Below are positions 9,329 through 19,565 of a stretch of 64,000 nucleotides of DNA, piece by piece. The stretch's first letter is position 1, and each line of letters begins with the position of its first letter. Position numbers and translations under genes: made by a program. Source of the DNA: a bacterium (GTDB lineage: Bacteria; Patescibacteriota; Minisyncoccia; Phycocordibacterales; CAIZLB01); the NCBI GenBank assembly GCA_031411135.1, contig JANOAN010000003.1, positions 10,614 through 74,613 of the forward strand, written 5' to 3'. The notes beneath the pieces are model-generated. The model did no database searches and was not told the DNA's origin. It saw only the letters and a program-made list of their open reading frames with translations.

Positions 9329-9976
9329 ATGAAGCGCATCAGAGAAGAATTTCTAGATAAGGTAGAAAAAGTCATTACCCTCCAAGAAAAAAATATCCTG
9401 GAAATCGGATGCGGTTCTGGCTCTCGATCTATCCAAATTGCAAAGAGATGTAAACACCTTACAGCCATCGAACCGGACAAAAACTTAATCGATGATGCTC
9501 TAAAAATAAACAGAGCTGACAATATTGACTACAAGATCGGTAGTGCCGAACAATTAAATTTTCCTAATCAAGCTTTTAACATCGTAGTCTTTACCCTATC
9601 ACTTCATCATGTCCCGGTTGGAAAAATGGACCAAGCTATAAATGAAGCCATACGGGTTATAAAACACAATGGTTATATTATCTTTCTAGAACCGACTAGC
9701 GATGGAAACTTCTTTGAGGCTGAAATAAAATTTGATGCTTGCGATGGAGATGAAAGGGAGCAAAAAACTTCGGCTCATGAAGCCATTCGAAATATTAAAG
9801 ATGCCAAACAGATCGCGGAGATTTCAGATGAAACAATTTTTCAATTTGACTCTGTTGAAGATTTTGTTAAGTCACTTAGTCCTAAAAAATCGATTACGGA
9901 GCTAGAAGACTTCCTTAGAAAGACCAATTTTATATTAAAAGCTTCACGAAGAATAAAAATTTTTCAGGTAGTGTAG
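9329..9976 (+). CDS. class I SAM-dependent methyltransferase
   Basis: Motif I ILEIGCGSGSRS and motif post-II NIVVFTLSLHH. Confidence 0.8.
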   Translation: MKRIREEFLDKVEKVITLQEKNILEIGCGSGSRSIQIAKRCKHLTAIEPDKNLIDDALKINRADNIDYKIGSAEQLNFPNQAFNIVVFTLSLHHVPVGKMDQAINEAIRVIKHNGYIIFLEPTSDGNFFEAEIKFDACDGDEREQKTSAHEAIRNIKDAKQIAEISDETIFQFDSVEDFVKSLSPKKSITELEDFLRKTNFILKASRRIKIFQVV

Positions 9977-9992
9977 TGTTATAATAACTCCC

Positions 9993-10853
9993 ATGGAAAT
10001 ATTTTTCTCACTAATCGTAAAACTAGCCCCACTCTACCTTCTCGTATGGCTAGGCTATATCTCAGGTAAAAAACTCCGGGTTAACAAGGAATCAGTTGCT
10101 GATTTGTTGCTTTTCGTCATCGCCCCAATCGTTGTATTAAATGGTGTAATGACCACAAATTTGTCATGGACTATCATCGCCATACCCTTCGGCTACTTTC
10201 TCGTTTCAAGCATTATAGGAGTTGGCTCGTATTTCATACTAGGTAAGTTTTGGCCCGGCTCTGAGAAGAATATCTTAGCCTTCAGTGCCGGGGCAGGAAA
10301 TGTTGGCTACTTCGGTCTCCCATTGGTTTTGGCGGTTCTCGGTGAATCAGCACTTGGTATCGCAATACTAATAGTCTTCGGTTCAATTTTGTATGAAAAT
10401 ACCATTGGTTTTTTTCTTGTCTCAAGAAGCAATGCATCCATAAAAGAATCGCTTATTAAAGTTCTACTTATGCCACGTCTGCATGCTTTTGTTGTGGGAG
10501 TAATTCTTTCTTTACTAAGTATTCAAGTTCCGGAAATGCTTAAGGATTTATTTGCCAATGCGCGAGGTGCATATTCGGTGCTTGGTATGATGCTGGTTGG
10601 TATTGGAATATCCGGAATATCAAAGGCGTCCGTTGATTTAAAGTTCATGCTATCGGCTTTTATTCCTAGATTTATTATATGGCCGACAATAATCATAAGT
10701 TTCATTATTTTAGATTCAACCTTCTTTAAACTTTACAGTACTGAAGTCCATGCAGTTCTTCTCCTGCTTTCGTCAGTTCCAATGGCTTCAAATACGGTTG
10801 CATATTCGAGTCTCTACGGAGGACATTCGGATAAGACTGCCCTTTGGTTTTGA
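9993..10853 (+). CDS. AEC (auxin efflux carrier) family membrane transporter
   Basis: Polytopic 286 aa protein with an AEC-like N-terminus (LAPLYLLVWLGYISGK...VIAPIVVLNG). Confidence 0.6.
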   Translation: MEIFFSLIVKLAPLYLLVWLGYISGKKLRVNKESVADLLLFVIAPIVVLNGVMTTNLSWTIIAIPFGYFLVSSIIGVGSYFILGKFWPGSEKNILAFSAGAGNVGYFGLPLVLAVLGESALGIAILIVFGSILYENTIGFFLVSRSNASIKESLIKVLLMPRLHAFVVGVILSLLSIQVPEMLKDLFANARGAYSVLGMMLVGIGISGISKASVDLKFMLSAFIPRFIIWPTIIISFIILDSTFFKLYSTEVHAVLLLLSSVPMASNTVAYSSLYGGHSDKTALWF

Positions 10854-10917
10854 TTAGCACGATAATAGCTCTGGTGTTTGTTCCTTTGATTTATAACGTA
10901 TTTAGTTTTTCCGTTTA

Positions 10918-10952
10918 ATTTAAAAAGGGCTGTGTCGTGGAAGACACAGCCC
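10918..10952 (-). terminator. intrinsic terminator after 10968..11198
   Basis: Minus strand: GGGCUGUGUC-UUCCAC-GACACAGCCC followed by UUUUUAAAUU. Confidence 0.7.
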
Positions 10953-10967
10953 CGCAATATCAATTTG

Positions 10968-11198
10968 TCAGTTGAGGTTCTCCTGTCGCGGAGGAGGAAG
11001 CAGTAATACTTGCAAATTTCGGCCAGGGAAGACCTTATCGAACCACTCTGCTCCTCCGTGCTCAGTGAACCACATCATGCATTCGGCATTAGTTGGATCA
11101 TGTCCAAGATTAACGCCTGCTACCCAGCGACTGAAGCCCGTCGTAGCGATCCGAACTTGGATGCGATGACGGAACAACATCAAGGGGTTGTTGTTCAT
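10968..11198 (-). CDS. hypothetical small protein (GC-rich orphan)
   Basis: A 76 aa ORF preceded by a good SD (AAAGGAGGU) 5 nt from the ATG, with its own terminator. The antisense ORFs 10972..11169 and 11010..11225 are judged to be artefacts. Confidence 0.5.
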   Translation of the reverse strand: MNNNPLMLFRHRIQVRIATTGFSRWVAGVNLGHDPTNAECMMWFTEHGGAEWFDKVFPGRNLQVLLLPPPRQENLN

Positions 11199-11348
11199 AC
11201 TCTACCTCCTTTCTATAGGGGTTAGAAGGTTTTTAGGCCAGACGGGGTGTTTGGCTTAAATTAAGCATATTCCTCATTTTATAGGGTTTCAATAGAGTTA
11301 TGCACAGTTAAACCACAGGTTTTCAACTGTTCATACATTATATTTATT

Positions 11349-11810
11349 TTATAAAACCTTCTCCAAACTCACATCAATTTCTTTAAAACCGTTATTTTTG
11401 TAAAACTCTATCGCTTCAACATTTTGTATATACGAATTTACAAAAGCTTTTTCAAACCCCTTCGACTTTGCCCATTCAAAACACTTATTCATGATAAGTT
11501 TTCCTATGCCTTTCCACCTATATTCTGGAGTCACTCCCATGTTTTCAATTTCAAAGTATTTACTTTTTCTATAGTCGATTTTCTTTGGACTGGCAGCGAG
11601 GTATCCAACTTTCTTGCCTTCATCTTCCACAATCAAACAAAGAGCCTCTGGATTATCGAGTAATTCAGTAAAATACACCCTTCCCTTATTTGATTTCGCC
11701 CACGTCAGGTCCAAATCTTTATCATATTCGGCATTATGTATAAATACCTCATCATTGAGATTTTGGAGGTCAGATACTTCATCTTTTCTGAAAAGTCTGA
11801 TGTTTAGCAT
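11349..11810 (-). CDS. GNAT family N-acetyltransferase
   Basis: Acetyl-CoA binding motif (RWKGIGKLIM) and a GNAT-like length. Confidence 0.85.
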   Translation of the reverse strand: MLNIRLFRKDEVSDLQNLNDEVFIHNAEYDKDLDLTWAKSNKGRVYFTELLDNPEALCLIVEDEGKKVGYLAASPKKIDYRKSKYFEIENMGVTPEYRWKGIGKLIMNKCFEWAKSKGFEKAFVNSYIQNVEAIEFYKNNGFKEIDVSLEKVL

Positions 11811-11845
11811 AGGTAAAGTATAGCAAAAAATAAAGATATGGGTTC

Positions 11846-11880
11846 AAAAACAAAACGCCGGAGATTTCTCTCTCCGGCGT
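11846..11880 (-). terminator. intrinsic terminator after 11910..12566
   Basis: Minus strand: ACGCCGGAGA-GAGAAA-UCUCCGGCGU followed by a U-rich tract. Confidence 0.65.
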
Positions 11881-11909
11881 TTGTGATTGTTTTACTTCGC
11901 GATTTTCCG

Positions 11910-12566
11910 CTAGGCAACTTTTCCGAGCAGACTCGGGTCAGCCACCAGCATTTTCTTTGCGTCAGCAGTGCTGATGATGACTGGAATACCCGCCATACGG
12001 AGCTGGAGTGCCCAGATCAGGTTGTCGGTTGTTGCCGCTGGAGCGTGAATCGTGTCCCCTGTTGATGAATGGATCAGTTCGATACCGCGTTCAGCCTCGA
12101 CCTTATTAAGCGAAAGTCGCTTCGTCAGGTTGAGACCGGACAGATCGATTGAACCAGTACTTTTCACCTCATCCAACGACACCACCTCAAAACTCCCACC
12201 GCGGCTTCCACCGCACCAGAAGTTGGCCGATTTGACTTGGCATCCGGACATGGTGATCCACGAACCCGAACAGCTTTCAATCCACAGTCCACCAAGGAAG
12301 TGGGTGTTGTGCATCGTCATGACCAGGGCGTCGTAGCCGCCAATCATGACCATACCGTTGAATACGATGTTTTCAAGATGGATCGATTGGTACTCCTTTT
12401 TTTCTGCCCCCGTACCTTTTTTTGTGAGATCGATCTCCTTACTGTTAATATGAACGTCGTGTTGGACGGTCATTGATGAGTGGCGGCCCATGACCATATC
12501 ATCGGTCTTGGACTTCGCCACCATTTGCTGGAACTCACGAGCTGTGAGCAGTTGCGGTGTTTTCAT
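11910..12566 (-). CDS. hypothetical protein (GC-rich orphan)
   Basis: A 218 aa ORF with a putative promoter (TTGACT..TAGACT) embedded in the 3' end of the neighbouring phosphorylase gene. No recognised domains. Confidence 0.55.
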   Translation of the reverse strand: MKTPQLLTAREFQQMVAKSKTDDMVMGRHSSMTVQHDVHINSKEIDLTKKGTGAEKKEYQSIHLENIVFNGMVMIGGYDALVMTMHNTHFLGGLWIESCSGSWITMSGCQVKSANFWCGGSRGGSFEVVSLDEVKSTGSIDLSGLNLTKRLSLNKVEAERGIELIHSSTGDTIHAPAATTDNLIWALQLRMAGIPVIISTADAKKMLVADPSLLGKVA

Positions 12567-12624
12567 AGTTTGGATGTGCCTCCGTCAGGCAGTCTAGTAC
12601 ATCTAATAATGAAGTCAACTTTAA

Positions 12625-14259
12625 CTACTTTACATGCACCTCATTCCCCAACACCGGCACATAAAACTTATCGATATATTCCACAAGCATTCTTGTCGTA
12701 CTGAATTTTTCTAAAATCAAATCTCTGGAATTTTTCATTCTCGTTCTCCATTGATCTTTCGAGTCATAATACATCGGGACAATTTCCCACTCTAAAATAT
12801 CCAACATATTTCGACTTCCTTCTATTGTCCAACCAATCTGCGAGAGATTCACTTCATACACCCAGCCGTCCCTTGTTGAAAATGGCAAAGCCCCGTTGAG
12901 GCACGCTTTCATACCTGAAGTTCCACACGCTTCCCTTCCAACCTCTGGAGTATTGAGCCACACATCACATCCTGAAACCAACATTTTTGAAAGTTCTAAA
13001 TCATAATTCGGTAAATATACTAAAATATCTTTTAACTCATTTCCTGCATATTGTAAGAGGGTTTTTAAAAACGGATTTCCTTCTTCCGCTGGTCCTGAAA
13101 AAACAATCTGCACTTTACATCCTTCTCGTGAAGCGATTTCTTTAAATCTTTTCAAGTCTGAAAGAATCGCAATTGGTTGCTTGTATTCCACCAACCTTCT
13201 TCCCCACCCAAGGAGCAGTACATCTTCGTCAAAAGCTTTCCCAGTTTGTTTTTTAATTTCTTTTAAAAGCAACCTCTTATTCTCCTGATGTCTCTGCCAA
13301 AAATTAGCTGAATCTACATAGTCGCCTATGGCATCCCAGCGCTCTATATATATACCATTCGTCACCACTTCAATATTAAAATCCTTCCACAGAACTCCAG
13401 CTTTTATTGAATGTAGCATCGACACAGCATTCACCTTTGATGACATATTAAGTGCCAAGTTTGTCATCGAGAAAAACTCTTCGTTAGGAATTTTTCCAAG
13501 GGAAATGATCACATTCAGTGCGACTTCAATTTCCTCGGAAAATCTACGGAGCATATAATCTACTTTATCAATTGCAAAAATTTCCTGACCAGCTGGCACA
13601 AGTGTGTGATTGGTAAATACAATATGCTGACGTGCATATTGATAAGCTTTCGCAAACGGCAACTGATGACGATGCATCTCGTGGCGTATAAGCTCAAGAC
13701 ATAAAAATGCCGAGTGGCCTTCGTTTAAATGGAAAACTGATGGATGGATTTCAAGTGCACGTAAAAATCTCATACCCCCGATACCAAGAAGGATTTCCTG
13801 CATCAATCTCACATCGTGATTCTCATCATACAAAATGTTCGTAATACCCTTATCATCAATATGATTTTCTTCAATATCCGTATCTAGTAAAATTATTCTC
13901 GCATTATTACTTTTGATTTCCCACGCACGAATCAGCACGTCGCGATCTCCTATGGGTAGTGTGATCGTTAAAACTTTTCCTTCTTTGTCCAAAACTTTGG
14001 ATAATCCGAAATCCCAAGGATTCTTTTTTTCTCCAAAGACACTGCCCCACTTATATTTATAAAAAAGCCCCATACATACCACCGGAAAACCCTGGTCTGC
14101 CATTTCAAAAAAATAATCTCCTGCCAAAACCCCTAATCCTCCTGCATAAAACCTACGATCATTAAAAATTGCGTACTCGGCGGAGAAATAGGCCACCGGG
14201 TCTTTTTTCAAAGCCTCGTACTGCTCTGTATTTTTAAATTGTGCAAGCCACTCTTTCAT
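12625..14259 (-). CDS. alpha-glucan (glycogen/maltodextrin) phosphorylase family, GT35
   Basis: DPVAYFSAEYAI...GGLGVLAGDYF and a later TNHT..P region. I moved the start to MKEWLAQ at 14259, which lies 4 nt after the stop of the upstream gene. The longer track ORF would overlap that gene by about 120 nt. Confidence 0.8.
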   Translation of the reverse strand: MKEWLAQFKNTEQYEALKKDPVAYFSAEYAIFNDRRFYAGGLGVLAGDYFFEMADQGFPVVCMGLFYKYKWGSVFGEKKNPWDFGLSKVLDKEGKVLTITLPIGDRDVLIRAWEIKSNNARIILLDTDIEENHIDDKGITNILYDENHDVRLMQEILLGIGGMRFLRALEIHPSVFHLNEGHSAFLCLELIRHEMHRHQLPFAKAYQYARQHIVFTNHTLVPAGQEIFAIDKVDYMLRRFSEEIEVALNVIISLGKIPNEEFFSMTNLALNMSSKVNAVSMLHSIKAGVLWKDFNIEVVTNGIYIERWDAIGDYVDSANFWQRHQENKRLLLKEIKKQTGKAFDEDVLLLGWGRRLVEYKQPIAILSDLKRFKEIASREGCKVQIVFSGPAEEGNPFLKTLLQYAGNELKDILVYLPNYDLELSKMLVSGCDVWLNTPEVGREACGTSGMKACLNGALPFSTRDGWVYEVNLSQIGWTIEGSRNMLDILEWEIVPMYYDSKDQWRTRMKNSRDLILEKFSTTRMLVEYIDKFYVPVLGNEVHVK

Positions 14260-14263
14260 TTTT

Positions 14264-15757
14264 TTAAACCCCCTGTTGTTCTGGTTGACCACCACGGAGG
14301 CGCGAGTATTCATCTTTATATTTTGTAATAATTTGTTCGACTTCTTCATTTGGAATTTTAACACGTAAAAGGTCAATTGCATTCATTGCTTCATATATAT
14401 CAAGTTTGTTTTCTAGTTTGTACACCGCATCTCGCCATAAAATTGCTTGTTCATATTCCTTGTTTTCAATTGCTTCCTTTTCCAATCGTTTCATCATATC
14501 AACGAAGGCATAATAAACCCCTTCTTCTTCACCACCTTTAGAAATAGTTCTATCTTTGAAAGGGATGCGCAGAACCGTTTGTTGTTCATGACTCATCTCA
14601 CGAATCTTTCCTGATCGTTGCCAATTGAAACCGGTCGACACGATGTTTTGATAAAGTTTACCCGCCTTGTTTAGAACTTCCGGATCAAGATTTGAAATTA
14701 AACTTAAGACTTCATGCAATCTATATGCTCCGTCCTCTACCATTTCCATACTCCACCAAGGTTTTCCTGAAGCCCACCAAAAATGATCGCTGGTTAACGC
14801 ACGATCCATCTTTTTTCGCACGTCCAAATATTCGGAAGCGTTTTTATCCATTTTCTGAACTTGATCCAACGCAAGTTTTAACAATTCATGTTGCATTGTG
14901 TGTAAAATATTCTCAGGATCTGCCCATGATATGAATTGAACTCCCCTTTCAATATCCTTCTTGCTACTAGCCCAAGTAGACTTGATTGGAGAAATTTCTA
15001 CTATGTCTTTATAAAGCTCCATGAGCTTTGAAATATTTACAAGATGTAATTCTGGAACAGAAAACATATCAAAAAGAAGTTTCTCTAACCCAGGTCGGTG
15101 GTGCCCGAAAGTTTCCCCATCCATTCCAGTCAAAATGTAACGGTTACTCTTTAAATCATCAGTCATCGCATCCATCAAAGTCTTCACCGAACGCACGCCG
15201 GCGCCCATAATAAGATTACTTAGTCTTCTTTCTCTAAAAAATACTTTCAAATTAGTATTTTTTATCTTATATATTTTAGTGTAGTCCACCCTTCCTGTTT
15301 CCCCATAAGCCGCAATCTCATCGAGGATGATCCATTCAAAACCCATTTCCTCAACGATCGCTGACATTTCCTCTTTAAAAGCCATCTCGGGTGGAAAGAA
15401 TCCTTTCGGATTATATGAATCTCCAAGGTACTGGCGGCTAATCTCATCGTTAATTTGTATCTGGCGAACAATTTCTTCTTTATCCAAAAATGGCAAGAAC
15501 GAATGATATTTGGCAGATCCTGTAAATTCGATTCGTCCATCTTTTCCCATCTCTTTCAACATTTCAATTAAATCCTGGTGACCATATCTATCAAAAAGCT
15601 CTAGCAAAGACCCGTTTATATTAAGTGTTAAGTGAATATCTTTATTGTCCCGCAACTGAGTTAGCAGGGGTCGGTAGCACTGTGCAATCACTGCTTCCAA
15701 CACATCAGCTTGCTGGTCCGGCGGCTGATATATGTGTAAGAAGTTTGCCCAGTACAT
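14264..15757 (-). CDS. glycoside hydrolase family 57 protein (alpha-glucan processing)
   Basis: GH57-type N-terminus (YWANFLHIYQPP), the GETFGHH region, and its position inside the glycogen gene cluster. Confidence 0.75.
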   Translation of the reverse strand: MYWANFLHIYQPPDQQADVLEAVIAQCYRPLLTQLRDNKDIHLTLNINGSLLELFDRYGHQDLIEMLKEMGKDGRIEFTGSAKYHSFLPFLDKEEIVRQIQINDEISRQYLGDSYNPKGFFPPEMAFKEEMSAIVEEMGFEWIILDEIAAYGETGRVDYTKIYKIKNTNLKVFFRERRLSNLIMGAGVRSVKTLMDAMTDDLKSNRYILTGMDGETFGHHRPGLEKLLFDMFSVPELHLVNISKLMELYKDIVEISPIKSTWASSKKDIERGVQFISWADPENILHTMQHELLKLALDQVQKMDKNASEYLDVRKKMDRALTSDHFWWASGKPWWSMEMVEDGAYRLHEVLSLISNLDPEVLNKAGKLYQNIVSTGFNWQRSGKIREMSHEQQTVLRIPFKDRTISKGGEEEGVYYAFVDMMKRLEKEAIENKEYEQAILWRDAVYKLENKLDIYEAMNAIDLLRVKIPNEEVEQIITKYKDEYSRLRGGQPEQQGV

Positions 15758-15762
15758 ATTAT

Positions 15763-17265
15763 TTATTGGTTTTTTTCTTCACTATTAAAAGCAATCGCTT
15801 TTTTGAACATTTCTATGTATTCTTTGGCAGACTTTTTCCAAGAAAAATCTGTGGTCATTGCGCGCTTTTGGAGAGTCACCCACTCTTTAGGATGCTTGTA
15901 AGTTTCAAGAGCGCGCACGAAGGCACCAAAAAAAGCATACGGGTCATACTTTTCAAAAACGAATCCTGTGCCTTCCTTATTGTTCTCATTATAATCAACA
16001 ACACTATCCGCTAGACCTCCTGTTTTTCTAACTAGCGGTAGTGCCCCATAGTGCATAGCTTCCATCTGAGTAAGGCCAGATGGTTCAAATTTTGAAGGGA
16101 CAAGGACTAAATCCGCCCCAGAGTGCACAACGTGAGGTAAGGTTGTATCAAATGATAAGTGAGTGGCAACTTGAGTATATCTCTTCTCTAAATCCGCAAA
16201 AAATCCTAGATATTTAGAATCCCCATTTCCTAGCACAATAAGTTGAAATTTGAAGTTTTCAAGAAGGGGTTCGATTGTCTGTAATACCAAGTCCATCCCC
16301 TTTTGCTCTGCTAGTCTAGAAACGATTGCGACAAGAGGAGTACTTGGCTCTTCTTCCAAGTTAAATTTTCGCTGTAAAACAGCTTTGTTCTTTTGCCTGT
16401 CTTTGAGGCTTTTTACTGAGTACTTGTATTCAATATATGGATTAGCAGTTGGGTCGTTACTTGTATAATCGATTCCATTTAAAATTCCCGACAGACGTGA
16501 ACGACGCTCTGCTAAAAGCCCATCGAGCATTTCACCGTATTCTGGTGTGGTGATTTCTTGCGCATAGTTTGGAGAAACCGTGTTAACCACATCTGCAAAA
16601 AGAATACCACGTCGCATAAAATTGATTTTTAACATGCGCTGATCATCAATTGCAGGTATAACTGATCGTCCATCGTCATAATCCATTTCATTTATAAAAT
16701 GATGATCAAACATTCCCTGAAAATGCAGGTTGTGAATACAAAAAACTGAAGCAATCTTGGAGATAATCGGGTCTTTGGCATATTCGGTTTTCATCAAGTT
16801 TGGAATAAGCCCTCCTTGCCAATCCGCTGAAACGATAATGTCCGGTCTCCAGTCTTCATTTCTTTTTATGAATTCTAATGCGGCGCGCGAAAAAACGGCG
16901 AATCGCGCGCCGTCATCATCATATCCATATACATTTCCTCGCTGTTCAAAGTACTCCATGTTCTCCATAAAATAACTTGGAACTTCTGAGCCGTTTGCGG
17001 TAGCCACTTTTACGTTACAAGAAATTGGGTGCTCATCTCTTCCGCTTGGAATAGAAATTCCTTCCATGATCATTTCCATCGGGAATTTTTCTTTTGGAAT
17101 TGAGCTGTAGTAAGGAATCATTACCCGAGCATCATGGCCAAGCTCGCGAAGAGCCTTTGGAAGAGAGTACATCACCTCGCCAAGTCCTCCGACTTTGATA
17201 AATGGAGCTGCTTCACAACCTAAAAAGAGAATTTTAAGGCCTTTTGATTTTAGAGAGAGTTTCAT
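15763..17265 (-). CDS. glgA: glycogen/starch synthase (GT5)
   Basis: KILFLGCEAAPFIKVGGLGEV motif and C-terminal GT-B motifs (PSKFEPSGLTQMEAM). Confidence 0.85.
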   Translation of the reverse strand: MKLSLKSKGLKILFLGCEAAPFIKVGGLGEVMYSLPKALRELGHDARVMIPYYSSIPKEKFPMEMIMEGISIPSGRDEHPISCNVKVATANGSEVPSYFMENMEYFEQRGNVYGYDDDGARFAVFSRAALEFIKRNEDWRPDIIVSADWQGGLIPNLMKTEYAKDPIISKIASVFCIHNLHFQGMFDHHFINEMDYDDGRSVIPAIDDQRMLKINFMRRGILFADVVNTVSPNYAQEITTPEYGEMLDGLLAERRSRLSGILNGIDYTSNDPTANPYIEYKYSVKSLKDRQKNKAVLQRKFNLEEEPSTPLVAIVSRLAEQKGMDLVLQTIEPLLENFKFQLIVLGNGDSKYLGFFADLEKRYTQVATHLSFDTTLPHVVHSGADLVLVPSKFEPSGLTQMEAMHYGALPLVRKTGGLADSVVDYNENNKEGTGFVFEKYDPYAFFGAFVRALETYKHPKEWVTLQKRAMTTDFSWKKSAKEYIEMFKKAIAFNSEEKNQ

Positions 17266-17282
17266 ATTGCTTAAAAATTATA

Positions 17283-17876
17283 CTATATAGAACCCTTATC
17301 TACCATAATTGCCCTGTATTCATCTGCCGTCATCTCCTTTATCTCAGGGGTATTTTTGTAGCTTGGGTTCTTTACATAAGCCGGTTTACCACCACTTTCC
17401 ATTACATAATAGGCAAAACCTTTCATTTTTCGAACTATTTCGTAGTCAGCGTGTCCTGGCAGGCTTACTGGATCTTTTTCGGCAAAGTTTACCGGACTGT
17501 CATCTGCTGTTGCGAGCCAAACCTTACCCGTGTTTACCATAAGGTGCCCAATACCTGTTGGAATTGGGAGGATATCACCTGCTTTAGTGTGAACTGCCAC
17601 GCACACTTCCATTTCATCATCAGTTTTTCTTTTCTGAAGCATCAAAATCCCTTCCCCCCGGAGAACATGGTACGTCTCATGTATGTCGCCAACATGGTAG
17701 TGCCCATAGGCTTTGATGTATTCACCCCCTACTGTTCCAGGCTCCCACACAGTAATATTCTCCTTCTCACTTCCCCCACGGATCATATAGTAGTGCACTT
17801 CTGGGCCTTCTGCATCAGGTGACATCAACACCTCTCGCATCATTTCGTGACTCCGCTCGGCAAATGGTTTTATCAT
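17283..17876 (-). CDS. cupin-type (archaeal-like) glucose-6-phosphate isomerase
   Basis: A 197 aa cupin with GHYH-x5-ETY and a later GH..VNTG pattern, resembling the cPGI signature TxGHxH..E.Y. Confidence 0.55.
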   Translation of the reverse strand: MIKPFAERSHEMMREVLMSPDAEGPEVHYYMIRGGSEKENITVWEPGTVGGEYIKAYGHYHVGDIHETYHVLRGEGILMLQKRKTDDEMEVCVAVHTKAGDILPIPTGIGHLMVNTGKVWLATADDSPVNFAEKDPVSLPGHADYEIVRKMKGFAYYVMESGGKPAYVKNPSYKNTPEIKEMTADEYRAIMVDKGSI

Positions 17877-17899
17877 AAAGATATTATACTGCTATACTA

Positions 17900-18646
17900 G
17901 TGATTATGGAACTCAAAAAAATTATTGCTTTCGATCTGGATGGGACGCTGACCGAAAGTAAGCAGCCAATGACAGAGGAGATGGCGCACCTTATTGATGA
18001 GCTATCTTCTAAAACCAAAGTGGCAATCATTTCTGGCGGTTCATTCCCGAGATTTAAAGATCAATTTCTCCACCAACTGAAAAATACAAAAAACCTTATC
18101 CTCCTGCCGACAAGTGGAAGCTGTCGATACGAATATGATGAAGCCACAAAAGATTGGAAGCAAACTTTTTCTCACCCGTTTACAAATGAAGTAAAGAACA
18201 AAGTCATCGAAGAGCTAAATAAAATTATCCAAGAAAAAGAATTTGATATACCAGAAAAACATTTCGGGCCCTATATCGAAGACCGTGGCAACCAGATTAC
18301 CCTATCGACACTTGGACAAAATGCACCAAATGATGAGAAGAAACTTTGGGACCCGCATAGCATCAAGAGACTTAAAATCAGAGAGAGATTAGAAAAATTT
18401 ATACCGGAAATCGATGCGCACATCGGCGGGATGACGTCGATAGATGTACTTCCAAAAGGTTTCGATAAAGCAGTTGGGTTGAAGTTATTATTAGAGGCAG
18501 AAAACCTCACAATTAAAGACATTCTATTTATTGGTGACGCTGTTTTTGAAGGGGGAAATGATTATTCCCCCCTCCAGGCTGGGATTGAAACCATTGGGAT
18601 TAAGGATCCGGGTGAGACAGCGGAGGTTATAAGGAAACTGTTATAA
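17900..18646 (+). CDS. HAD-IIB family hydrolase (phosphomannomutase-like)
   Basis: FDLDGTLTESKQ motif I and a C-terminal GDAVFEGGND motif. Confidence 0.7.
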   Translation: MIMELKKIIAFDLDGTLTESKQPMTEEMAHLIDELSSKTKVAIISGGSFPRFKDQFLHQLKNTKNLILLPTSGSCRYEYDEATKDWKQTFSHPFTNEVKNKVIEELNKIIQEKEFDIPEKHFGPYIEDRGNQITLSTLGQNAPNDEKKLWDPHSIKRLKIRERLEKFIPEIDAHIGGMTSIDVLPKGFDKAVGLKLLLEAENLTIKDILFIGDAVFEGGNDYSPLQAGIETIGIKDPGETAEVIRKLL

Positions 18647-18774
18647 AACCCTTTACTTTTTAAAGATTTGTACTATAGTTTTATCAGGCTAGCAATCACG
18701 CTAGAAGGCACCATTTCAAAACCAAAACGGACCAAAAGGAGGACCAGGTGTTGTAATACACCGAACAAAGAAAC

Positions 18775-19119
18775 ATGAAAAAACTTTCTGCTCACCTCCA
18801 CGAGGTGTTCCCGAAAATTCGCTCACTGATGAAGGCATTCATCGGGGTTACCCCGCAGACTTACCACCAACATGACTGGGCGAACTTCATCGGGCTGTTC
18901 TTCACAGGATGGTCTTGCCAGATCATTGTGCAAGGAGCGAGTCCGAGGAACACATTCTGCTTTATGTGGGACAGCGACCACAGCACGCTAACGGTAACGA
19001 GAAGGGATCAGTGCCACTTGGGGCAAGTTGTACCACTTGAGCCTGAAAACATCCCAGACAACACAACCATTCCGAAAGAACAGAGGGACGCAAAAAGTCA
19101 GGTGACTTTCACCTTCTAA
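18775..19119 (+). CDS. hypothetical protein (GC-rich orphan)
   Basis: A 114 aa ORF with a TACTATAGT -10-like box about 95 nt upstream and a downstream terminator at 19168..19190. Confidence 0.45.
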   Translation: MKKLSAHLHEVFPKIRSLMKAFIGVTPQTYHQHDWANFIGLFFTGWSCQIIVQGASPRNTFCFMWDSDHSTLTVTRRDQCHLGQVVPLEPENIPDNTTIPKEQRDAKSQVTFTF

Positions 19120-19167
19120 GCAATAAAGGTACCCCGACTACCTGCTCACGCGAATCGTCGGAAAGGT

Positions 19168-19190
19168 CCTGCAATTTTGCAGGCTTTTTT
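19168..19190 (+). terminator. intrinsic terminator
   Basis: CCUGCA-AUUU-UGCAGG followed by CUUUUUU. Confidence 0.6.
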
Positions 19191-19216
19191 AATACTTTCA
19201 GGTTATAATTCCCTAC

Positions 19217-19513
19217 ATGACAAACCACCAAGAAAACAATTTTTTAGAATCAGGATCCACTGAATTTTTAGCAAAGTACGGAATCCATCGCGTCAATTAC
19301 AGTTTTTTCGATAAGTTTAGATTTGTGCTGGGGGCGGGACTTGGATTAATTGCTGCTTTAGCATGGGATGAGACTTTAAAATCTGCCTTTGATGCACTTT
19401 TTCCAAAAACAGATTCAGGGTGGCACAGCTTCATATATGCTCTATTTCTTACGATCGTCGCTACAATAGTCACCTTTGGTTTGAAGATAGTTTCAAAACG
19501 ATTGAAGAAGTAA
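19217..19513 (+). CDS. small membrane protein
   Basis: A 98 aa ORF with two hydrophobic helices (FVLGAGLGLIAALAW; FIYALFLTIVATIVTFGL). Confidence 0.5.
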   Translation: MTNHQENNFLESGSTEFLAKYGIHRVNYSFFDKFRFVLGAGLGLIAALAWDETLKSAFDALFPKTDSGWHSFIYALFLTIVATIVTFGLKIVSKRLKK

Positions 19514-19565
19514 TTTAGTCACCAATTGCTCTATTAAACGGCTAGTAATATACTGAAATTCAACT

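Noticed and set aside
12585-12600. CUGACGGAGG in the leader of 11910..12566 as a degenerate hammerhead.
   Set aside because: The core is incomplete (CUGACGG, with no stem II or GAAAC). It is more simply read as an SD-like GGAGG.
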